A DNA stretch of 64,000 nucleotides from the human T2T-CHM13v2.0 reference genome, Homo sapiens (GCF_009914755.1 NC_060945.1); one strand, 5' to 3'; counted from the first letter of the stretch, positions 42,395-55,400 are shown. Notes: generated by a model from the sequence alone, not told the origin. A program made the numbers and translations.

Positions 42395-42690
42395 AGTCAC
42401 TTATTGACTTCCTAGTGTGCAAGACACTGTTAGGCATGGAGGATACAGAATATGTTATAGTATAGTATTTTTCCTATAGGAGACTGGTGTGTCCACATAA
42501 AGAGGCATAATTTATACAGCTAACTATTGGAGAAGAAATATGCTGTGGTTTTAAAAAATCAGAGCAAGAAAATTATTTTTGTGGAAATTAAAAAGTAAGC
42601 TTCATGTAGGATGTGAAAATCAACCACATGTTAAATATCAGGGTATGAACTGCACTGTTCTGGGCAAATTAGTACTTTGTCAGGCAACAC
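42395..42690 (-). mobile_element. L2 fragment
   Basis: TTATTGACTTCCTAGTGTGCAAGACACTGTTAGGCATGGAGGATACAG is the reverse of the L2 3' end. Confidence 0.55.
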
Positions 42691-43740
42691 AAGATGTGTG
42701 GTTACCATATTCTTGGAAGATGTTACTGGTGGGAGCATATAGCAGTGTGGAAGTAGAAAAGCAAAATTTAGACCATCTATCTAGGAATATACATCTGAAT
42801 TTTGCATTTATCTCCACTCTCAGAAGAAATTACGTATAGCAAAAGTAAGGGCTACTCAGTGACTTCTGCAGAATAGGAAGCAAACATTAACCTAAGATTC
42901 TAGAATGCAGGTTACATGGATTACTCTTGAAAACCTCCCCCTTTGCAAGCCTGACATCCTTGAGTGTTAGCAAAGGAAAGGAAGGTACTGGGGAGCTTTT
43001 CAGAATTGCCAAAGCCTTCTTTCATCTCCTTTACAGGAGTAAGGAAGTGTGGAAGAAAGGAGAATATCCTTCCTGTGTTGGTTGCAGTTCTTATTATACA
43101 TCCCTCTTCTCTCCGACCCTTGTCACTCTAGAGAGTAGACAGGGGAAAAATCTTTAAAACCTGGATGCAGGTGAAGATTAAAAAACATTAATTCAGAGAT
43201 TCAGTTTTGGATAAATATTTACCAAATACATAGCAAGTATTCTCCACCTACTGTTTGTTAATTAAAATTAACCCAAATTTCCCACCTACTGTTTATTTAT
43301 TGAATAAACATAAAAATTTCCCATCTACTGTTTATTTACAGTAGGTGAAGAATACAACCACCTACTGGTGGAGAATAAACTAGCTCAGAGCTTACAACCT
43401 AGTAGAGATGGACAAACATTAAATAAATACGCCCACAATTTTAACAGAATAAGTGCAATATGTGCTCAATAAATGTTTGTTAAATTATAGATGCAGTCAT
43501 AGAAAAAACTGGGGGAGGATAAGCAGAGGTGGACTTAGATCATTAGTCAGGGAAAGCCTTTCTGTAGATGGAGGCAAGGACAGAAAGACAGTATCTTCAC
43601 TTCCTTTATGATTGTCCTAAAGCTTCTCAGCACTCTGAACTATTAACTTGGGTTAGAGAAAACCAGTATAGAGTCTGGGAAGAGACACCAGAGTTCTAGT
43701 GGTCCTTAACATGTTAGAATAAGCCATGTAAACTGATGCG

Positions 43741-44094
43741 CATATTAGTCCATTTTCATGCTGCTGATAAAGACATACCCGAGACTGGGAAGAGAAAGAG
43801 GTTTCATTGGACTTACAGTTTCACAAGGCTGGGGATGCCTCAGAATCATGGTGGGAGGCAAAAGGCACTTCTTACATGGTGGTGGCAAGAGAAAATGAGA
43901 AAGATGCAAAACAGGAAACCCCAGATAAAACCATCAGATCTTGTGAGACTCATTCACTACCTTGAGGACAATATGGGGAAAGTGCTCCCATGATTCAAGT
44001 TATCTCCCAGTGGGTCCCTCCCACAACATGCGGGAATTATGGGAGTACAATTCAAGATGAGATTTGGGTGGGGACACAGAGCCAAACCATACCA
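43741..44094 (-). mobile_element. THE1B-like solo LTR
   Basis: ATTAGTCCATTTTCATGCTGCTGATAAAGACATACCCGAGACTGGG...GAGCCAAACCATACCA; TSD ATGCG/ATGTG. Confidence 0.92.
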
Positions 44095-47000
44095 ATGTGG
44101 TTATGTGAAAGTTCAGGGAGGGGTTGCTGTGGATGGGTGGTGGAATTGATTAGAGTATTAAGATTGTGAGGTCTAGCTTTATGCTCCATTTTATTCCCAG
44201 TAAGTAATATTTTTTCCAGAAGTCTTTACAGTCACAAGTAAATGAGTCTCAGCACAGACGGGCCTGAGTCCACTATGATTATCCTAGTCTTGTATGAAGA
44301 ACTTTATATACATATTTTTGTAATTGTTGTATTATTCAACATCATAAATATTTAAACATCAAAAACATTATTTCTGATTTTTTAGTGCCAGATTAAATGA
44401 CTCTTACCTATTAGAGAAGACAGGAAGTACATGACTAAGACATTCATGATAATTTTGTAGCTCTCTGATGTTCTTTAACACTCTAGAAAATTAAGACTAC
44501 CTTATGAATTTTTGTGTCCATTCTTTGGAGAGAAATATTATAGCACAAATTTCTTACTGTAACATGCTCCGTTAAATTTTTCTGCTGTAAAGGATCAAGC
44601 AATAGAAATACACTTACTTTTGTTGTTTTTCCCTTTCTGTTCATGTTTATTTTATAGGAGTTTCTTTGGAATGTAGAATATGTATACCTTATTGCAGATA
44701 AATAATAACTTTTCCTTTTTAAAAGGTAACCTAGAGGATAAAGAAAGGTTTATGGGTGCTGATATCTATGGCTTATCTGACAGAGTATTCCTTATTATTT
44801 CCAAAATTTCTATATTGCTGTCCTGCATTATACACATGTATTTGGCATGTGAGCTACTTACGCTTAGAAACGATGTATGAAAGAGCAGCAGAGTGACAGA
44901 TGTACCTCCAGAAGGATATTTAAATTGATTTTTTTCTTAATACCTTTGGTTTTTTTCCGTTAAATTCCCTCTAACTTTATATGTCAGCTCACATAATACA
45001 GTTTATTGCTATTATGGCTGGCTTTGGCACCATTGTTTCCTAGTCATTTGATATATTTGGAGAAACATTTAATATTTATGAATGCCACAAAGGAATATTT
45101 TACATTTTTTTAGGTCTTTAGCTATTCCTTTTCTTTACACCCTTTCCCTTTTAGTAAAATAAAACACTTTTATAGAAAATATCTTGCTTTATCAAAAATT
45201 CATTTACAGTTTTATGGCCTCTTAGTTGGATTATGTTTTACTCAACTTGGCCCTCAATTTTATTTTGCTTTATTTGGATTTTTCATTTTTTGTGGCATCT
45301 GTGATATGTTGATTTATTAGTCAAAGGACCATAGAAAATTTTCAGAACTCCCATTTTCTGAACAATTTTGAAATTAAGTGAGGATATAGCCATTTATTAT
45401 AAATCAAACCATTGTCATTTTTATAGGAAAAAATAGAAGAGAAAGAAAGAGGGAGGGAGGAAGGGAAGAAAATAAAAAGAGATGGAAGATGTTAAGCTTT
45501 TTTTTCTTTAGTGAAATAAATTGTAAAGCTGAAAAGGACTCTAGAAATATCTAGCATAGCGATTTCCAACTTCTTTGAGTATGAAGCCCTATTTTTAACA
45601 TACGTATTGTTTTTCAGACCCCGCATAATAGCAATTGTTATTTTGGTAAATATTGATCAGAATATATGGGAAAAGATTTATAAATTAAGTGACATTTTAC
45701 AATTAAATTTACATTTCATTAGAAGCATAGCATCTATATATATTTGGAAAATTAGTGCATATATGCAAATAACATATGACATTCTGGCTGGGTAGAATAA
45801 AGATGAACATTAGGAAAGTTTATGAAATAACAGTATTTCTGCAGTAGAATCTCATTCAGTCAGGAAACACAGAACTTCTCCAATTCATTCTTTTTATATT
45901 TATAAAGTGAAAACCAAACAGATGAGGAAAGTTGACCAAGATCAGATTAATGAAAAATTTAGATTAATGTTTCTGCTAGCCAAATAATCTTACCGTAGTA
46001 CAATATCACCCCCAATAAGGAGTTAGTCAATTATGTATCTAATAACTCAGATCAGACCCTTGAGGCAAAGATGACTTTAGCTTACACATTTTTTGTTTGA
46101 TTATCTCAATTTTGTTTGGTTGTATTAACATATATTAAGGCAAGATTTAGTAATTAAGCTGTGATTAGAATAAAAAGTATTGGTTTATACCAGATTACCA
46201 GCAATAGAAACAGATTTCATTACTTTAAATTAATAAAGAAGCATTAAAAAGAAATTTTAATTGAGTTGATAGTTAAACATGCACATATATTTATATGATT
46301 CTTTAGATCTGATAGGATATATTACTAGTAATGGAGTTCTATAAATATTTTTAACTGATCACCTGAATGATCAGAGCATGCAACAGACTGAACAGTTATG
46401 AAATTTTAACTTCAAGTTATAGAAAATCATGTGTATTAATGTGTATAATTCTTCATTATATTTTTGATATCGTTATGAACAATGAAATTCCCCTAGACAG
46501 CCCTGCAAAAACTGACTTCTGGGATTATGAGGAAGGTGGAACTGGCTCCTGAATGAGGTAGGTCATGTATTCTACAGCATAGACATGTTTTGAAAAGAGC
46601 AAGTAAATCTCAGGTGAATTTGGCCAACTGCTTATCCTTACATTTAAGCCAGTTACACACCCACACAGATGCCAAGGTGTCATCTCTAAAATATTGGGAG
46701 GGAAAACCTTGGATTCAATGCTGTCTTACTGGAAGTGATAACCAAGCATTACTCAGATAAAAAAAAAAAAAAAACTTTTTGCCTATTGCTGAAGTGGTTA
46801 TATAGTAATGATTTTACTTTTAAACTTTCAAATATTTATTTTTCTATATCCTGGCAATACTATTGATAGTGCTCAGGAGAATCATTAACTGTTATTAGAT
46901 AAAGTATAATAGAATAAATAATATTGGTTAGTTAATGTTGGATTCTGAAAACATCTCAAATGTATTAATGTAAAGTTGTAATAATTTTAAACATTGTAAC

Positions 47001-49028
47001 AAATCTCCTTTGAAGATCCTATTTGTCACTGTTCAATCTGGAGCGCAAATGAATGAAGCCTGCTGTGACTTAGGCTGAAGCCACTGTATGGAGTTGCCCA
47101 TGTGAAGAGCCACTGAGTGCAGATCAGTGGCTGGAATTTAGGCTGTCCTTCCTTGAGACGTATTGATGGGCGCGTGAAGCAGATGCTCACTGGGAATTGC
47201 AGACATTTGAAAGTGAATGGTGAGAGTGAAGGAGTTCGTGATATATTTGGGATATTATATAGATTCCATAGTATACCCTTAAGAGTCCTGATATCACTTT
47301 TGAAAACGTTGGATTCCAAATAGTGTTTCTCTATTGATGTTTCAGAGCCTCTGGAGATTCAGCGATCGACTTATTCCTGAAATTCCTTTGTGGCCACTTT
47401 TACTGAGATCATCCTTCTATTTGGGGGCTTGAAGAAAGTGATGCATTTTAGGTGTTGAATAGATGCTGAGCTCCTTAGCCTAATCAGTTTGAAGTTCTCA
47501 TTTGAGTCTTTTTTTTTTTTAATGGACAAAGACCCTTAACTTGTGGGGGACCTCTCTCCTGACTGCCAGTCATATGGTCTTGTTTGGTATGAGCTGACCT
47601 GGAGCCCAGCTCCAGACATACACAATTCCTCACATAACCCTAAAGTCTCTTCTCGCTTGCCCTGGAAAGAGCCCTTAATTTCTGGATCAATTTGCAAACA
47701 ATTCTTAAACTTCTAATTTTGTTTAGTTAATTTGGAACTAAAATGTGTCATCAGAAAACCATGTGTCTTCTATGACACCTTATGCATATCCACAAGAGGG
47801 AAAAATTAAAATCCTTTGTTAATAAAATTATTGAATATTTGTTGCTTTCCCCCAACTCCCAATAACCTTGTAACATTTTTCCAAAATACAATTTTGTTGA
47901 AAAATTTTAATTCATAGCCCCTACTTTTTTCCATATTGTATGGGAAAAAAAAGGAAGCCAAGAGAAGCTTCCATCAGGGCTCTCCAAAGAGCATGCCTAG
48001 TAACACTCAGATTTTATATTTAAGACAACTCATCCAGATGTTTTGAAGTGACGGAGACACAAACAAAAAAAGCTGTTCTTGTCAGCCAGTCACCTTAAAA
48101 AACATCATATCTAAAAAGAACCTGTAAGAATTTATTTTCCTGATAAGTCAAACAACATCCAGAATAACTGCTGAACAGCCTTAGTTAATGAATGTGGCCA
48201 ACTTAAACTGATATAATTCTAGCCTAAAGATAAGAAACTGTATGTTAGGAAGTCTGTGCAAACATATTGAGGATACAGTTATTATTATAGTTTGGGCTTC
48301 CTGAATTACTAATACCATGAAGATCCTTCCTGACAAAAAATGCCTTCATTCTTGCTAGCTTTGTAGGCATGAGAGACATTTGGGCCTACTGATATATAGG
48401 AATATCTATCTAGTGCTTATGTTGTAATTTACTGGTATTCTTTCCCAAAGAAGGACCTGTTTACAGTAGCTCTGGGCATGAGTAACTGAGAGTAGGGTGG
48501 CATGAAAGGGGAAAGGAGATCCCCTTCAGAACCCTAGTTCTACAGGTATTTGGAGAAGCCATGGGTATCACCACCATCAACCTTGACTGCTGCTAAAGAA
48601 TTCCTGCAAATATGCCTCCAAATGAATTTCTTATCTATGCTAGCCATGACACTTGATTCATCCTTCCATTACAGCATTTATACACAGAGTTATTATTTTA
48701 TTTCTTTCTCTACACTGGACTCTGAGCCCCTGGAGGACAGCTCTCCTACCATGGCTATGCCCAGTGATGCTCTTTGACATGGTTTCCGGGGCTGAGCTAT
48801 AGCTCTGTTGCCTGGAGGCGTATCAGTTTTCCATTTTTCATTCAGAATCCCAGCAGTGTCTGTTTCTCGTGAATAATTAGCTAGTGTGAAAGTCACAGAA
48901 TCCATAGCCTCTACAAGGTGCAAATTTATTAACTGCCCATGGTTCTGCAATGAATTAGTGTTTTTAAAGGGAATATAAGAAAAAGGAAGTGATAGAATAG
49001 ACATTATTGTAGTTATTTTAGAATTCTA

Positions 49029-49155
49029 TTTTTTTTTTTTTTTGAGACAGGATTTTGCATGTCCCCAAAACTGGAATGCAGTGGCTGGATTGTAGCTCAC
49101 TGCAGCGTCAAACTCCTACCTCAGCCTCTGGAATAGCTGGGACTCCAGACGGAGC
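49029..49155 (-). mobile_element. Truncated old Alu (AluJ/FLAM-like)
   Basis: T tail plus GAGACAGG...CTGGAATGCAGTGGC...GCTCACTGCAGC; perfect TSD TAGAATTCTA (49019-49028, 49156-49165). Confidence 0.85.
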
Positions 49156-50282
49156 TAGAATTCTACTGTCACGAGTAGGGTGCATTTAATAATCTTTAAG
49201 GTCTTTCCAAGTGCTAAAATTTCTGATTCTGGAAGATTTGTCCTTATTGTATCAGTATTTACTTCCTTTTTCCAATAAAACAGTCCAACAGATGCTTACA
49301 GTGTACCCGTGGCTTATGAAACCAAAGACAGGAGGAAGTTAGAGGAAAGTGTACTTCCTATAAGACAAGTAATGTTATTTAACAAATTCTCATGCATTTA
49401 AAGCAACATAATGAGAAAATACCAATTCTACTGAAGCTCATTATGAGAACATTTTCAGAGTTCATACTATGGACTTGATATACATTAAATTCTTAAGAAC
49501 TTCTCTCCAGTATTCCTGGAAACTAGGTATCACAGTCCTTGGGTAGACTGTTTTAATAAAGAGAGCAGGTCAGGTTATGAAAAATGCAGGTTTTCCAATG
49601 AGCTTTACTTCTAATGTATATCGTAGATCACTGATAGATGATTGCAAAGAAATACATACATTTCATTTTACCTCCAGGAAATTCCCAAGAATTCAGAATG
49701 CCTACTTTGTGTTGACGGTTTTCTCTGGAGTTGCAAACACTGAGAGTGAAATCAGTTTCGAAAACCATGCTTCAAATATTCCTTTCAATTTGCTCTTGTG
49801 GCAGTTTTCGTCAAACAACCTGCTTGGAGATAATCTATTTGCAGAACCTAGGTGGGGACAAACCTGCCACATTATATAATTCACTGAGCAGGTTTTGGCT
49901 CTCACTTCACCAATCCATCTTAAATAGTGGCTAGTGCCCTGCATCTAGCAATACATATGATTAAGCAATTTAGCACAGAAAGAGAAAGGCCACACAACTT
50001 GGCAACCCCGTAGACATTTATCTTTGAGAAAACTAAACGGATCCAACTTTTTGCCAGAGTTTAATAGCAAAGCTGTCACATTTTACACAAAGAGTATCCA
50101 GTCCGCTAGCGAATGGAAAGAGGGGACAGGGAGGAGGGGACCAGAGGAGGCGGGCTGCTGACTGGACTGTTTTCAAAGGGGCTCCCGTGTTTAGGGGAGG
50201 TGCTGGGATGCTCCACATGGCTGGAGAGACGAAGTAGTTAAAAATTATTACTAGGGAGGGGGCCGGAACCTCGGGACGTGGG

Positions 50283-50290
50283 TATATAAG
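50283..50290 (+). promoter_or_regulatory. TATA box (TATATAAG); predicts a TSS near 50310-50315 and a ~390-nt 5' UTR
   Basis: Consensus TATAWAWR, preceded by G-rich Sp/KLF-like (GGGAGGGGGCCGG) and ETS-like (CCGGAA) sequence at 50253-50268. Confidence 0.75.
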
Positions 50291-50554
50291 ACGGTGCCTG
50301 AGCGCAGAGCGGCTGCTGCTGCTGTGATCCAGGACCAGGGCGCACCGGCTCAGCCTCTCACTTGTCAGAGGCCGGGGAAGAGAAGCAAAGCGCAACGGTG
50401 TGGTCCAAGCCGGGGCTTCTGCTTCGCCTCTAGGACATACACGGGACCCCCTAACTTCAGTCCCCCAAACGCGCACCCTCGAAGTCTTGAACTCCAGCCC
50501 CGCACATCCACGCGCGGCACAGGCGCGGCAGGCGGCAGGTCCCGGCCGAAGGCG

Positions 50555-50599
50555 ATGCGCGCAGGGGGTCGGGCAGCTGGGCTCGGGCGGCGGGAGTAG
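50555..50599 (+). other. Upstream ORF (MRAGGRAAGLGRRE*) in the CHODL 5' UTR
   Basis: Only ATG between the predicted TSS and the main ATG; G at -3; TAG at 50597-50599. Translation not demonstrated. Confidence 0.55.
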
Positions 50600-50705
50600 G
50601 GCCCGGCAGGGAGGCAGGGAGGCTGCAGAGTCAGAGTCGCGGGCTGCGCCCTGGGCAGAGGCCGCCCTCGCTCCACGCAACACCTGCTGCTGCCACCGCG
50701 CCGCG

Positions 50706-50784
50706 ATGAGCCGCGTGGTCTCGCTGCTGCTGGGCGCCGCGCTGCTCTGCGGCCACGGAGCCTTCTGCCGCCGCGTGGTCAGCG
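50706..50784 (+). CDS. CHODL: Chondrolectin coding exon 1 (signal peptide MSRVVSLLLGAALLCGHGAFCRRVVS+G)
   Basis: ATG at 50706 inside a CpG island. Hydrophobic signal peptide recognised as the CHODL N-terminus. 79 nt, ending at donor AGCG|GTGAGT (50785). Phase 1, joins in frame to exon 2 (G+GC = Gly). Confidence 0.97.
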
Positions 50785-51429
50785 GTGAGTCAGGGGCCGT
50801 CTCCCCGAAGAACGAGCGGGGAGAGGGGACCACGGGGCGCGGCGGGCAGCCTGTTCTCGGGCGGAGGCTCTCCGGGGCGTTGGAAACCTGCATGGTGTAA
50901 GGACCCGGGAGGAGGCGGGGAGAAATTGATTGTGCTGTTCTCCTCCCTCTCTTCTCTAACACACACGCAGAAAAGTTTAAATTTTTGTGAAGCGCTTGCT
51001 TACGTAGCTGCGGAGCGAGCCTCTGCTTCATTACGAGCGGCATAGCCTTTTTCAGGAGTGATTTCCACTTTCTTTGTGAGAGAGTTGACCACACGGCCGG
51101 GCTCAGCACCTGCCAAAGGGGTGGGGTAGGGCGGAGGCAGAGGGAACCCAGAGACAGAAGAGCCACCGCAGAAATGCCACCCTCTGTCGCTCTGACTGGA
51201 CTTTGGTCCCAGCACCGTGTTCACTCGGATGCTTTCTGTGACCAGATCAGTTCGCTGTGGGTCGCCTCCGGATGCCTGGGCATTCGGTCTTTGTTCTCAG
51301 CAGGACTACTGGCAAGGAACTGAAGTGTGGTCATTGCGTGTAGATGCCTTTCCTTTGCACACTGCGTTCCAAGTTGGGGACTTCCCAGAAAATGAAGTCA
51401 GCTGGAGTTGGGCCGAGGTATACTTGGTA

Positions 51430-51451
51430 ATGACTGCAGGTTCGGCACACA
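51430..51451 (+). CDS. CHODL: Probable alternative first coding exon of CHODL (MTAGSAH+S, no signal peptide); 5' end of the exon not determinable
   Basis: ATG ACT GCA GGT TCG GCA CAC A|GTAGGT is a phase-1 donor that splices in frame to exon 2 (A+GC = Ser). Matches my recollection of an annotated CHODL isoform N-terminus (not verified here). Confidence 0.72.
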
Positions 51452-54063
51452 GTAGGTGCACAATTAAGTCGGTCGAGTCAGTGCATGGGAAATCGATCAA
51501 AATTGGCAAGCTTCCCAGGTTGTCTTTGATTTTTCTTTTTTTGACTCTCACTGTCCTGTCGTTGAGCGATTTATATTGCAATTACTCTCCCTTACTTTTT
51601 GGGACGGTCTCTTCAAAAGGATACAGATTCTCGACAACCTAGGGTGAATGTGCTTAGGGCCTTACATAAAGGCTGATCATAGCTACACTTTATTGAAATC
51701 TCTTACTATGCTCATTGAAACATTGCAATAAGTATTTGTTGGATATATGTGTTTTGAGGGTGAAAAGTTTTTTTAAAACATAAAAAGCACAAATAGCCCT
51801 TTTCACTTTTGTACACCTATACAACAGGTGTCACTAGATGTAGAAATAGATGACAGATGACAGCAAGTAATTCAGCTGTGAAGCCAGACCTTTAGACATT
51901 GGCATATTAAGCTTAATTGTCACTGATCTTCCCCTTAGCAATTTGTGATGTTCTACAGCTTCAGAATATAGTTCTTACATGTGTAGTTACCGATCACTCT
52001 ACACTTTTTTCAGAATTTTCAGAATCTGTGACATTAGATCCTTTTCCTCCCTAAGTTAGCTGCAAAGAAAAAATTCATTATATAGACTCATCTGATTTTG
52101 TGAATTACTTATCTGTCTTTGTATTTATCAGAATTATTCATGCAACTGAATGAAAAGCAGAGACCATGCTTTGAACATAAGATGTTTTTTACTCATTGAC
52201 CTAAATAATATCCTTTAGATATGCTCTTGTTCCTAGGCCTCAACATTTTAAAGGGAGGAAAAATAATATCTAAAGTAAAAACAGAGCTTAAAAAATTGTT
52301 GAAGAGGTGTATTTTGCGTTCTATGAGTACATAATTTTTTCCAAATCTTTTGTTAGGTTTTCTTATTAAGCATTTATAGGCATCTTGTAGGTGACATCTG
52401 GAAAATTTCTAATTAACTGAACATGATCTATTTGATTTAGCATAAATGATGATGTTTATTTGATATTAAAATAATTAGTTATGTTTTCCTTATGAATAAT
52501 TCAATTGTCTTTGGTCATAAAATTCACATTGAAATTTAACCATCTATAAATTGATTTGTGACTTTTATTATTTGAAGACTAATTTCTTAAAAAGATATAT
52601 TTTGACCACAATGGCCAGAGAACAGAGCAGCCTGAAGCCTGACATTTTTGTAGCAATAGTTTCTAATGGATCTATTGTCTACCTGGTCAATGTAAGTTTT
52701 GAATTGGTGCATCAATTTTTCGTGCCACTTGGGACCATTCACCAAATCTTTATTGAAGAGTAAGAGCCTCTTTGGGGCTGTTATTAGGAACATACTTGCA
52801 ACGTATGGAATATATTTCTATTTGTTAAATTTCAGTACAACAATTTATAATTTCTATGTAGGATACTCAAATAATCACTGACCGCAGAAAAATAGACACT
52901 CACAAAATAATTCTCCACATAAATTATATTTAATACCTTAAAATATTCAATAAGGTACTTTCCAATACTTTTAAATACATCACCTTTTCTAAAGTTTAGA
53001 GCATTACTTAAAAATAAAGTGGATATATTTTAGCAAGAAATGACATTTCAAACAACTTCGTCATCGTAATCTGACCCATGAGATTTAGTGGCATCTAGTA
53101 GTAATAAGAAAGTATTTTTTCTAGGTCAGTGGTCATGATTATTTTGATGTACGAATATGCAAAACAAGATGTGATATGATGATAGTAATCAAAGCCTATT
53201 TATTGAATTTATGATGCTAATTTGGAAACTACCTTTAGGAGCTTAGACCTGTACTGATTTCTTACTACACACAGATGTGTAGAGAATATCTATGGGAGCT
53301 GCAATCATTTAATTTTGTGAAGTGACTGGTGAGTAGTGATGTCTTCTTTAGGACAAAGGTAAAAGGATTTTACTTGTAGGCATAAGGATAAATATGAAGG
53401 ATTCCAAATTCAGGTCTCTAAGTTGGGAGGATATGTTTGAAGAGCAAGTGATACTTTTAAACATTTGAAGTGTTTTGAAGTAATGTGTTTCTTTTTTTTT
53501 TTTCCTTTTTTCTTTCTAGTGTGCATAGCAGTGATCCCCAACCTATTTTTGCTGCAAAATGACATTAGGAATATTTCATGGTGCTTCCAGATTTCTCCAG
53601 GACACTTTAATATATATCAGTTTAACTTTATTAAAACTGGCACATGTTTTATTTAGGAGACTGGGTGATTTAGAGGCCTCTCTTCTTATCCTGTGGATAC
53701 CATAGAATATTGCAAATTCATGGGTGGTGAACAGTAGCACATACATTAATACAATATGATATAATATATACCAAGGGAGATACAAGAAAAACTGCTGAGC
53801 CTTTCTCAGCCTATGGAACTAATCTATGACATCATCAAAAGCATAAAATGATGACAGTGCAGTTTTCAGAGATGCAATTACTTTAAGTATCTCTCGGGCA
53901 TGAAAGGAACAAATTAATCTTATTACCAGTCATTTAATGAACTAACCATTTATCATAGCCATTATTCTTCAACTGCTGTTTGTCATCATTTTATGGTTTT
54001 GTTTTATAACTCTTTCCCAAAGATGGCAGTATCTGTTACATTACCTTTATAAAAGGTAATGTA

Positions 54064-54680
54064 TTTTATATATATATATAAAATATATGTATAATACATA
54101 TATAATATATATAATACATATATGTATATATTATATACATATATATGTATAATACATATATGTATATATTATATACATATATATGTATATATTATATACA
54201 TATATATGTATATATTATATACATATATATGTATATAATATATACATATATATGTATATAATATATATGTATAATATATATGTATATATGTTATATATAA
54301 TATATGTGTGTATATATGTATATGTGTGTATATATGTATGTATATTATATATGTATGTATATTGTATATGTATGTATATATACATTGTATATGTGTATAT
54401 ATATGTATTGTACCTATAATATAATACATATATATGTATAATACATATATATGTATACATATATATTATGTATACATATATATGTAATATATACATATAT
54501 GTAAATATATATTATACATATATGTATTTATATATAATATATATATACATAATATTAATATATATAATATTATATATATTATATATAATTTACTATATAT
54601 AATATATATATAATAAAATATATATATATAATAATATATATATAATAAAATACATATATAATAATATATATATATATAAA
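54064..54680. repeat. ~620-bp compound (TA)n/(TATATG)n/(TACATA)n low-complexity array in intron 1
   Basis: Almost pure alternating purine-pyrimidine AT sequence. Confidence 0.95.
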
Positions 54681-55194
54681 GGAGTCCAAGGTTAAAATTC
54701 AGAAGATGCACTCACAAACAATTTTTACTATTTACAACAACTTTCTGTGTCAGGAATTCATATACAAGTAGATGGATGTGTGCGACTCTAGGATGAGAGT
54801 GTTTCTTTTACTATTTTAACATATTCCTCATGATATAACACAGGATGACAACTTGGCTAAAGTTATACTCTTTGTAATGTGGAATGCATTCAATTTGGAT
54901 CTAGTTTGTTTTATTTGGAAAATAAAAAGACTAGATAAAAATTTATTAAAGGCATATATGGTTTGAAAATCTGAGACAGAGGCAACATTAATTCTTATTT
55001 AAATATTTGTAACAGAAAATCTAATTCTGTTTAGAAACAAGCTCTCAATGCACAAGCCTTGCTTATATTAGCCACCCAATAATCAATAACAGATTAATGC
55101 TTATGATTCTGACATAGATAACATGCACAGTGTTTGTGTTCATCAATCCCTTTTGTTCATGAAATATTTCACCTTTATATTAGGTTTGAGACAT

Positions 55195-55400
55195 ATGGAG
55201 ACAGCATAGAAACCTGGTAAAAGCATGGAGTGTAGAGCCAGATGGCCTGGTTTCACAACCCAGCTTCAGCACTTGTGAGCTGTGTGAACTGCCCTCTTTG
55301 CCTCATTTTGAAAACAGATAAGAGCACCTATGTCATAGGATTGCTAGGAATATTAAAAAGGTTCAAACACAGTTATGCAGATTGTGCACTGTGTCGAGGT
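55195..55400 (+). mobile_element. MIR
   Basis: GTAGAGCCAGATGGCCTGGTTTCACAACCCAGCTTCAGCACTTGTGAGCTGTGTGA. Confidence 0.7.

Larger units (their letters stand above)
50100..51330. promoter_or_regulatory. CpG island / CHODL promoter and first-exon region
   Basis: Abrupt switch to GC-rich, CpG-dense sequence in an otherwise AT-rich, CpG-depleted window; spans exon 1. Confidence 0.93.

Noticed and set aside
47030-47380. Mild CpG enrichment and short ORFs ~3 kb upstream of the promoter
   Set aside because: Too few CpGs or motifs to distinguish from background; ORFs resemble nothing recognisable.
50033-51166. 377-aa antisense ORF across the promoter
   Set aside because: Lies in the GC-rich CpG island where stops are rare, has a non-ATG start and low-complexity Pro/Arg/Ala composition, and shows no recognisable domain; most likely a shadow ORF.
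54169-54711. Tyr/Ile-rich ORFs
   Set aside because: Translations of the TA microsatellite.
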